DNA of 64,000 nucleotides, from positions 101,494,001 through 101,558,000 of the forward strand of contig CM068743.1 in NCBI GenBank assembly GCA_035084275.1, in the 5' to 3' direction. Below are positions 12,201 through 21,958 of the stretch, piece after piece. Source of the stretch: Hydrolagus colliei. Taxonomy: Eukaryota. The translations under genes were made by a program, and so were the position numbers. How positions within the stretch are numbered: the first letter of the stretch is position 1; every line of letters starts with the position of its first letter. Below the pieces are notes generated by a model. The model did not search any database, was not told where the DNA came from, and saw only the letters and a program-made list of their open reading frames with translations.

Positions 12201-12959
12201 TATCTCTTCAACCATGCCTGTGGTTATGCCTCTCGACTACCCTCCACTGTTCTCCCTGTTTGGTATCTGGCACCCACCATCTTTGCAAACTACTTTTGAT
12301 ACATTACTCTGTGAGCAAATCACTGGATAAATCCAGTTGTTACTGAGTCAAGTTGTCATAAAACTCTTGTAAATCATGAAAATGCTCTTAAAGTTGTATC
12401 ACCAATACTAAATGAATTTCAGTGGAAAGCTAATGCCATTTTACCCCCATCAATATTTTATTTACACTTTGGTCTTTTAGTGTAAGTGGACTTGATTCAA
12501 AATGACTTTCCTTCTTTGTCTGTAACTGCCTGCAGTCGCTCACAAGTTTGTTCTTGAAATGTAAGTGGTCAAAATGTGATATTATTACAGTGATAATTAT
12601 CACATCAAAACCAAACATGCATTCGAAAGCAGTTGATAGTTATGGGGAAGGTGGGGTTTGACTTTCTCTCCCTCTTCCCAGGCCAAATATTGAATGCTTT
12701 CCCTCTTCCAAATATGCAATGATATATTTGGAATGAGTGATGTGATTAGCCCAACAATTTTTGCCTGCTCAGCATTTGTAATAAAATGCTGATCTGAAAG
12801 CCACAATGCAGTCATTGGTGTGATTTCAGTTTATTATAGTGATGGAAAACCATTCTTGTATGTTTGCAATGAAATCGACCATTTAGAACAGGCTATTCAC
12901 AAACTGGGGAGAAGGAACAGGTATCACAAAAAGTTTAAATGAGTAATTCATAACATCAA

Positions 12960-13072
12960 TTAATAATAATAATGATTCTTGCATTTGATATTGCACTTTT
13001 CACAGCTTCCAGACACCCCAAAGCGCTTCACAGAATGTACTGTAAAGTGAATTGACTGTATAATTGTGGATG
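12960..13072 (-). mobile_element. 5'-truncated SINE 3' tail
   Basis: (taa)n...cttgcatttgata...aaagcgcttcacagaatgtactgtaaagtgaattgactgtata. Confidence 0.85.
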
Positions 13073-13689
13073 AAGTTCCAGTTGTAATAGGATGTGCTCA
13101 CGGGTATGTGATCTCTTCAACCATCCCAACACAGTGATACTCTTCTCAGTGACAACGTCTGTGAAGCTGCATCATGCATTTGATTTCCAGCTCAGGACTC
13201 AAAGCACTTGACGGGTTAACTGAACAAATCAACTATGTCGCTAACCGCCAATCAAGCATAGCAATCAAAGAGGCAGCACTCAGGCTTTCCTTACCATGTA
13301 TGGCCATTGAGAATATTTTGTTGTTTGGGACAAGGTCAAAGGTCATCCTCCAGTACATGCGAGTTACTCTTTGATCGATCACTGTCTCCCTTACTCAGTA
13401 TCCAACTCCACTATTGTGCAGTGCTCCAAGGTGCTATCCTGAGCGAAGATGCTTATATAAATACAAGTTGCTGTTCAGTGCAGCCCAGTTATATTGCTCT
13501 TGGTTAGGTTTATTTATGGTTAAAACATTGGTAAGGTTCGATCCCATTCACTGAGCCTGCGGACAGCCAAGGCAAGTTAACACACCATAATGGTCAATTA
13601 TGCATATGCGGTGCCATTTTGTAACATAGGAACTAGCTGGCATTCTATGAAGCACTTTGGATCTGAACCATTCAAGGACAGAACTGTCA

Positions 13690-13965
13690 ATGTTGAGGTG
13701 AGAGGAGGTGTGGTAGAGTGGTGAACCGTATCAAGGGAAGTAGAGAGGTCAAGCAGGACAAGGAGAACGGAGCCCGGTCGCAGATGGACGAAATATCATT
13801 TGTCACTTTGACCTGAGCTGCTTCTGTGCTGTGGGTGGCATAGAAACCCGATTCGAGGAGGTCGTGAAGGGAGTGGTGGGAGAGGAAGCAGTGAGGCTGG
13901 GAAGCAACGACTCATTCTAGGACCTTGGAAAGGAGAAGGACGTTGGAGAGTGGAGGTAGTTTGAC
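13690..13965 (-). mobile_element. L2 ORF2 fragment (pre-RT region)
   Basis: Minus strand aactacctccactctccaacgtccttctcctttccaaggtcctagaatgagtcgttgcttcccag (NY.PLSN...SKVLE.VVASQ) and cttgacctc...ttgatacggttcaccac (LDL...DTV.H). Confidence 0.75.
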
Positions 13966-14289
13966 AATAATTTTAATAATTATTATTGTTATTATTCTCT
14001 CATAAAGCGGTTAAGCGCTACTACTCACTATCAGGCACCAGACCAAATTCTGCACTTAGATTATACATTTGCTCATTTCATGTATACAGTAACTGCACTT
14101 TTATATCAATGATACAGTTACCCAGTAACTAGCCAAACTACAAAATGCTTTCACACACCATAATTTAGCACTGAATTGTTAATAAGATCCGAGTTTCTTG
14201 CTTACAGGTAATTACAATATTGGCATGTATTTTGGGAGGAATATAAATTATGTGTTCTGATGAAGCTCATAAATGCAGTGTTGTACAGA

Positions 14290-14660
14290 CTGGACTCACC
14301 AAGGTTGCGGACTTGTATCTTGGTCTGACTGAATTAGGTGTTAGGAGCTGGGGCAGCTGTCGGGAAATACAGTTGGGCTCAGTGCCCCTGGGCTAGGGAG
14401 GGTTAAACCAGCCAGCTGTTCCTCGTCTGATCAGTATCCAGAGATACTGGCAGGAAAGGTAGACTCTGGGTGAGAACAGTATAAGATTTGCTTTGCAGTG
14501 CCCGCTAAAGATTACTTATACTTGTTGTCAATCGCACTTAAGTTACGGTCACTTCAATTAATTATTGAGGATCTACCTGTGGACCACCTTTGCAAAAGGG
14601 GAATCAAACTCTTTCAAGAAATGGAAGGGAGGGAGAGAGAAAATTGGAAGAGGAAATGAG
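14290..14660 (+). mobile_element. ancient unnamed SINE-like repeat
   Basis: agctggggcagctgtcgggaaatacagttgggctcagtgcccctgggctagggaggg...ttcctcgtctgatcagtatccag. Related diverged copies near 8090-8560, 29760-30050 and 53580-53840. Confidence 0.5.
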
Positions 14661-15387
14661 TGAAAAAAAATTTAGATTGTGAAGCTGATAATATACAGAA
14701 TATACTGTGAAGCGAATTTGTGGACGAAACGCTCACACATTTTACATTTCTATAGACTTCAAGCGCCTTGAGACGTCCTCCTGATGTGAAAGGGGTTGTA
14801 CAAATGTAATTTTGTTGTTGTTGTATCTGCTATATATTTTGGTGTTCTCATACAACAGCTTTTACACACAATTAGATATGACAGTCGGAGCCACAGACAG
14901 GAAGGTGCTGGCCAGAGCCGGACACAATTGCTTCAGTGTTAACATTCAGCTGAATTTAGCAGAACGCTAGCTATGCTCCTGTACTACACAGACTTTTTAT
15001 TGAAATTTGTTTCAGATCCAAAGTACACTATTTTCAGCTGAAATGTGTGCTGAAACATGACTCACTTTGGCGAGCTGTGAATCATCTTATTGTTCCAAGA
15101 CAACGGAGCATAAAAATAGAAATAACAAATGCTTTGTGCTAGCGTATTGTGTGGGTGTATATTAGTGCGTTGCATGTATGTCATGAGTTTTAAGCACCCT
15201 GGGTTGTCTTTCTGACATGAAGGGGGCTACACAGTTGTAATTTGTTGTTGTTGTAGGTTTGTGTCTGTCCTGTGTTTGTGTGAGTTAGTGTATATGTTAT
15301 GTATGTATATATCATGAGTGAATTAGTTACATATGTGTACATATCTGTTTGTTGTGGATGCATGTTAGGATATAAATTGTGTGTAAC

Positions 15388-15466
15388 AAAAACAGAAGCC
15401 GCTGGGCGTGCTCAGCAAAAAGGAAAAGGAAAGTGAGTCAACGTTTCGGGTCCACGACCTCTGCAG
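15388..15466 (-). mobile_element. Penelope-like pLTR fragment with degenerate hammerhead motif
   Basis: Reverse complement ctgcagaggtcgtggacccgaaacgttgactcactttcc..., colinear with 36993-37110 and 40086-40190. Confidence 0.75.
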
Positions 15467-16471
15467 TATTTTCACATTTTGTTTATATATTGTGTATTGG
15501 TTTGTGTCATAGTGTGCCTTTGTGTGCATGCTTGTGGGGTATATGCTTCAGTCAGACATGTCTTCATCTTGCGCACATAAAACACCATTAGAAATATATT
15601 TTTTGTGATGATCACTAACCAAATAATTCTAGGTTGGGAGGTGTGCCTGACAAACAAGCGGCTTTATCCCCACTGTAGCTCTGATTATGGTTCTGTTGTT
15701 ACTTGGAAAGTAAATTGTGGGAAGTCGGACGGTTCTGGTTGTTGCAGTGCTAGCATTTTACAGTATGGGATTAGATGTGGAGCTCAGGAATTTAGCAGGA
15801 ACTTTAGCCAATGTTCCCGAAACTAGGACTGAAATTCTGCAATCTCAACAGGGGTAACTTTTAAGTCAAGGGCTGAGGGCTAATTTACCTATAGTTATCA
15901 AAGTGTAGGACATTTTTAGGAGTAGGAGATCTCGTTCTCTAATTCTGCTATCACCGGTGATAACTGTCACATCATATGCTGTATTTTTAAAAATGTATAT
16001 ACTGTATATATACATTCACTGCCTGTGAATACATAAATGGTGAACAGAATCTACAGAAGATATTTGTTAAATTTATTTGTTCACACGAGGGAACCCACAG
16101 AAAGTTCATAATACTGTAGCTTAAAATTATTTAATTGCATATTGCATCATGGTAACAGTTCTGATTATTTAATGTGTTTTTATATAAAGTTTGCTCTTGT
16201 TAATTGTTAATGCTGAATACATCAGTGAACTGAAGCATCCTTTATAATATGTATTTGTTGGATTTGCTGTATGTAATGGCTCCAGGGTGCATTCCCTGGG
16301 GAGTATCATGCTCTTACTGGCTTTAATTTCACTACTTAACGGTATGTCGTAGCTCTCTGCAGTTTAAATCAATGATGGAGGGAGCTTTGTAAAGATTTGG
16401 TTCAAAGAGTAGGCAAAGCTTCAAAACGGGGAAAAAATATCATAGCTCGATGGCAAATGTTGCGACTTAAT

Positions 16472-17760
16472 CAACAACAACAACAACAGATTACATTTAT
16501 AGAGCGCCTTTCACGTCGGGAGGACGTCCCAAGGCGCTGCACAGGAGGCGTGTGTCCCGAGCTGAGAGGGGAATGTTTGGGAAGGGGTGAAACACGAAGT
16601 GGAGGTAGAAGAGTTCGGGGTGGAACAAAAGGCACGATCGAAGAGGAAAGTCTTCAAACCGGCCTTGAAATAGGAAAGGGAAGAAACGAAACGGAGGGAT
16701 TGAGGGATGGCATTCCATAGGGTGGGAGCGGAGAAGCTGAAGGCCCGGCCTCCGATGGTGGGGCGGTTCGGGCGGGGGGCTTGGAGCAGGCCAAGTCCTG
16801 TTGAACGGAGGGTCCGGGTGGGCTTGTAGGGGAAAGTAGATCGGTTAAATAAGGTGGGGCAAGGCCGTGTAAGGCCTTGTAGGTGAGGACGAGGATCTTG
16901 AACTCGATCCTCTGGAGGATGGGGAGCCAATGGAGACGGGCGAGGGTGGGGGTTATGTGGTCGCGGAGGCGGGTGCGGGATAGTACACGGACTGCAGAGT
17001 TTTGGATGACCTGCAGCCTGTGAATGGAGGAACTGGGGAGGCCGACGAGGAGAGAGTTTCCATAGTCCAGCCGTGAGGTGATGTATGCGTGCACGAGTGT
17101 TTCGGCAGCGCGGGGGGTAAGATAGTTGCGGAGCCTGGCAATATTGCGCAGGTGGAAATAAGCGGTGCCAGTCAAGGCGCGGATGTGGGGGAGGAAGGAA
17201 AGTTTTTGATCGAACATGATGCCGAGGTTCCTGATTGGCTTTGTGAGGTGGAGAGTGCAGCCTTGGATGTTGAGGCTGGCAGCGCCCGATGTGCGGAGGC
17301 GCTGGCTTGAGCTAATCAGGAGGGCCTCGGTCTTACTCACGTTGAATTGCAAAAAGTTGTCCCTCGTCCAGGACTCGATGTCGGACAGACATGCTGTCAG
17401 AACATCGATGGTCTGAGGGTTGAGGGATGAGGCAGAAAGGTACAACTGGGTGTCGTCCGCATACATGTGGAAATTTACCCCATGTTTGCGGATGACGTCG
17501 CCCAGAGGGAGCGTGTAAAGGGTGAAAAGGAGGGGGCCTAAAACAGAACCCTGAGGGACGCCGTGAAAAACTGTGTGGGGGTTTGAAGAAAAACCGTTGG
17601 AAGAAACAAAATGTAAACGGTGGGTCAAATAAGAATGGAACCAGTCAAGGACTGTGCCTTGAAGGTTGAGGTGGGAGGAAAGACGTTGAAGGAGGATGGT
17701 GTGATCGACTGTGTCGAACGCAGCAGACAGGTCAAGGAGGACGAGGAGGCAGAGGGAGCC
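16472..17760 (-). mobile_element. young 5'-truncated L2 LINE (tail type A)
   Basis: RT motifs LLDLSAAFDTVDH, GVPQGSVLGPLLF, YADDTQLY; C-terminus ...FKAGLKTFLFDRAF; 3' stem-loop gcagcgccttgggacgtcctcccgacgtgaaaggcgct and (ttg)n tail; CpG-rich. Confidence 0.97.
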
Positions 17761-17793
17761 AACGACAAATTGCATTTGTACAGCGCCTTTCAT
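16654..17793 (-). pseudogene. L2 ORF2 reverse transcriptase fragment (379-aa ORF, one frameshift near 16830)
   Basis: ORF track 16654..17793. The canonical C-terminus continues in ORF 16511..16930 (PYKPTRTLRS...LFDRAF). The first 11 residues come from an adjacent older L2 tail. Confidence 0.9.
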
Positions 17794-17815
17794 GTCTGAG
17801 AACGTCCCAAGATTA
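17761..17815 (-). mobile_element. older L2 3' tail abutting the 5' end of the young L2
   Basis: Reverse complement cttgggacgttctcagacatgaaaggcgctgtacaaatgcaatttgtcgtt. Confidence 0.85.
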
Positions 17816-17982
17816 CTGAAAGGACTTGTTGATAAAATTCTTGAAAGTAATGGCTGGATATTAAATTAAATAAAAATCCTTGCATTTCATATAGTTTTGT
17901 TCACTTTGTTGAAATGTCTCAAAGTGATTATATTTATTGTGAAGCGTAGTGTAAGCAAAAGTATGAACATGTCAGGCTGCAG

Positions 17983-18282
17983 ATAATAATAATAATCCTT
18001 GTATTTGATATGGCGTTTTTCACATCTTGTAGACTTCCTAAAGCGCTTTACAGAATATAATGTAAAGTGAATTGATTGTATATTTGTGGGCGCAACCTGG
18101 CAGCCAATTACACATAGCAGTCGCCTACAAACAGTCATGGATTAAAATTACCAATTTATTATTGTTTTTTGTAAGGGATTATTATCAGGTGTGTGGAATA
18201 AGGAAACTTGTCCAAGGTTTTGCCCTGCCTGGAATCAAACCCAGGTCTCTTGCTTGCTCTGACCACTGAGCTACAGGACTCC
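17983..18282 (-). mobile_element. tRNA-derived SINE, short form
   Basis: Minus strand ggagtcctgtagctcagtggtcagagc...gggtttgattcc, shared body, (att)n tail. Confidence 0.9.
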
Positions 18283-19474
18283 GCTGAGTCCACTTAAAAT
18301 TGACCAGGGACTTTGAGTGGACTTTAAAAGTTAATAAAGAATCTGGTTCTTTAAAAATATAATTTGGAGAAATATTCTGTTTGTTTTTTATTCTGATTCC
18401 AACTGTTGTGAAGTTGGAACTTAGAGTTAGACTTCCCATGTTTCATTATTATAATGTCGGGAGCTAAGCAATTTCACTGATAATACCTTGGAAATAGCTA
18501 TTTGTTGACATGAGTGTCAATAAGATTTACATTATTAGTGAGAGGTAAACTGCATTTTGTTTAATAAATAATTCTGAAAACAAAAAAGATCACTGAAGAT
18601 ATTCCTGTGCAAAGGGAAAAACTGCAGCTCTTGCTCTGCACTGCAGACTATTCTAGACTGAATTCAAAGTCCTGATGTGGGACTGAACCCCAGTGTTTGC
18701 AGTGTTTCAGAATGTATTCCTTGCGATAATTATGAAAGACTGTAATTTTCCTACTGTTCGATAATGAATTCCCTCCACTACTCGCCCCCTTCAAATTGGT
18801 TGCCTTCATGCTGACTCAGGAACGTTGCACTGCTACCGTAATATTTTCAAACACTGTTCTAATGTGAACTGCAGACTTAGAGATGAATTTGAATCCAGCA
18901 GAAGAGAAAACTGACTTAAGGTAAGTGCGGTGTGGTGTAAATTATCGAACACTAAGAGATGAATGGGTTTCATAATAATTTTTGCTAATTACCATGTGAG
19001 CATGTTGCAAATTTCACCTCTATGCACTGTTGAAAGAGAGTAACAGAAACCTTACAATGATCTCCAGACTGTAATCTTACCTCCTGATTCAGCTAATGGT
19101 TACAAACTGCTTCAACTTTGCTCTCTTTAACGTCATTTGAACCCTGTTATGAGGCCACTACCTTTTAAATTACCTCCCATTTATCCATTATTCTGCAATT
19201 CTACTGGAATATGTTAGTCCTAGGTGATTGATCCATAGTCTAGAAGTATGTGTGGGCTCCACTTTAAGAGTCTATTAGAAATGATTACATCAAAACAATT
19301 CTCGTCTATAACCTGAGTGGCAGGTAAGAAGGCACTTGAATTGCTACTGACTGGCTTTATAATAGAACAACTCTTCTGATTGTTTTATAGATCAGTGTTG
19401 TGGATTGAAATGAAATGCCACATTGTGTTTGGTATCCCCAGCTCCACCATACACAATATCCAATTATTAAAAAA

Positions 19475-19855
19475 CTCTGCACCCCTATCATACCAATCCT
19501 TGCCAAGCTCCATTGGCTCCTAATCACTGAACGGTTTGCTTTCAAGATCCTCTCACTCATTCTCAAATCCCTTCATGCCCTCATACCTCCCTACCTATCC
19601 AACCTGCTTAACCCCCACCCCCCGGCCTCCCCCCATTTGGTCATTTCAGTCCACGACTGTTTGTGGGACACTGCTGTGCGCAATTGGCTGCCGCGTTTTG
19701 CCCACAAATCTAGTCAATTCACGTTACAGTATATTCTGTGAAGACCTTTGAGACGTCGATAAGATGTGAAAAGCGCTGTATCAAATGCAAAGATTATTAT
19801 TGTTTGTACCTCGTGCACTCTGGTCCACCATCGGTGACCGTGCCTTCAGCCTCTA
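19475..19855 (+). mobile_element. L2 fragment interrupted by a SINE 3' half (19634-19802)
   Basis: PILAKLHWLLITERFAFKILSLILKSLHAL.PPYLSNLL, then SINE body and tail, then L2 resumes tccaccatcggtgaccgtgccttcagcc. Confidence 0.8.
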
Positions 19856-20220
19856 ATGATTGAACTAAATGTACCAATGGTGTATGGAGGTATGAAATAT
19901 CCAATAAATGACAACCAACACAAAGAAGTACTGTTTTAAAATGATAGTTTTACTATTGGGAGTACTGACCAACTTCCACTGATGCTTTTGAAAAAGCAAT
20001 ACCCACGTTGACAGTGTGAAGCTGTTGACACTTGACAAAGTACGAGTAACACAAATACATCCCTTTGCAAACAAGGAGTTGGGCTTCATTTGTCAAATCA
20101 GTTGAATTCAGTTTTGCAGAAATCATACCTATGCTGTACAGTGCTGCACGGAGTGCTTTGCATAGTTCTGGTTCTTGTGACATAAACAGACTGCTTAGAC
20201 TACAGATCAGTACAACAACA

Positions 20221-20599
20221 ATAATAATAATAATCATCCTTGGATTTGATATAGCGCCTTATCCTGTCTTCGAGTCATCGTAATTTTTTTCTCAAAGCAC
20301 TTCACAGAATATACTGTACTATATAGTGAATTGACTATTTTCTGAGTGAAACACGGCAGCCAATTGTGCACAGTAATGTACCATAAATAGTGACCAAATT
20401 ATTATTATTTTTTGAAAGGGATTATTATCTCTGGACAATCGATCTGCCGATTGACTAACAACCAGGTTCCTACTTACTGCTAGGTAAACAGAGGGATGTG
20501 GATTAAGGAAACTAGTCCAAACTGTACCCTGCCCAGGAATCAAACCCAAGTCCTCTCGCTTGCGAGGTGAGCTCTCTAGCCACTAAGCTACAGAACTCC
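20221..20599 (-). mobile_element. tRNA-derived SINE, long form
   Basis: tRNA head (anticodon arm ctcacctcgcaagcgag), about 70-bp internal insert ctgtttacctagcagtaagtaggaacctggttgttagtc, shared 3' half. Confidence 0.85.
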
Positions 20600-20639
20600 A
20601 CGACTCCAGTGCTCAAACACTAAGGAAATACAAGAGGGA

Positions 20640-21310
20640 TTTCTTCAGTGTTAGAGCAATGAGCTATGAGGAACGACTAATTGATACAGATTTTGAACTT
20701 GTATAGGATACTATTCCAACCACACATGGAGCACTGCCAAAATTTTGATGATATATTACAGTAAGGACAGCTAAGGGCAACTAAATTGATAAATCAAATT
20801 AGGCACCTGAGTTACAAAGAGAGACCATGAAGCTGGGATTGTTAATCTCAGGGGATATTCTATTGTAGTATAGAAGATCATAAAAGGTATAGGTAAACTG
20901 AACCCTTATACAGTAATATGTTTAACATACTAAAAAAAACTCTAAAATAAGGGACATACACTCGTGCACAGGCAAGACAAGGTGAAAGATAGATTTCGTT
21001 TTTTTTTGTATGAATCAATTCAAAACCTTTTTTTTTGCAAAACACCAAAGCATCCATTCACATGCTGGGATGGGAGAGCAGTTGATAAGCTAATTATGGA
21101 GAAATAATTTTCACTGGCCAATTGTACTGGAGGGCAGACATTTAAGATCATTGTCAAAGACAAAGTGAGAGGTGAGAATTTCTCTTTCACAGTTTATAGG
21201 AACATGGATTTCTCCATCAAAAACAATGGTTCGAGTGGAATTCACAGTAGTTTTTAAAAAGGAATTGGATAATATCTCTAAATTAAAACTTTGAAGGATT
21301 TTGAGGAAAA
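20640..21310 (+). mobile_element. highly degraded CR1 ORF2 3' fragments
   Basis: aggcacctgagttacaaagagagac (R.LSY.ER), ggggatattctattgtagtatagaagatcataaaagg (GD...YKI.KG), gagggcagacatttaagatcattg and tttaaaaaggaattggata (FKKELD). Confidence 0.65.
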
Positions 21311-21561
21311 TAAAATGACCAGTAATAACATTAAAGGAGGGAATATTACTAAACTAGTACAGTATTATGATTTTGTCTCTCACACATATCTAGACTAACT
21401 GACAGAGACTTATTGTATGTTCATTGTGCAGGATTAGCAAGGCTCTCAAGCCTGTGTCAAGTCCCCAGTGAATTTGACCACTTAATATTATCTGGTTTGG
21501 AATGCAAAATATCGTGCATAGTCTTTGTAACCACACAGCAATTGCAACTTGTTGTATACAG

Positions 21562-21958
21562 ACAACAACAACAAAATTACATTTATAGAGCACCTTTCAC
21601 GTTGGGAGGACGTCCCAAGGCGCCGAGCAGGGGGGTAACGGTCGGGGAAGGGACAGGGGATGGAGAATAGGAAAGGGGGGAGAGTTAGGAGGGCAGCAGA
21701 AGGCATGGTCGAAGAGGAAGGTCTTCAGACTGATTTTGAAGGAGGAAAGGGAGGAAGCGAGGTGAAGGGATTGCAGAATGGAGTTCCGGAGTGTGGGGGC
21801 AGAGAGGCTGAAAGCCCGGCCACAGATGGTAGGGCGGTTTGGGCGAGGTGGTTTGGGCGAGGGACATGGAGCAGGCCAGAGCCTGCTGAACGGAAGGGAC
21901 GAGCAGGCTGATGGGGAGACAGCAGGTCGAAGAGATAGATGGGGGCAAGGCCATGAAT
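21562..21958 (-). mobile_element. L2 3' end (tail type A)
   Basis: PRPNRPTICGRAFSLSAPTL...FKISLKTFLFDHAF; tail gcgccttgggacgtcctcccaacgtgaaaggtgctctataaatgtaa(ttg)n. Confidence 0.92.
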
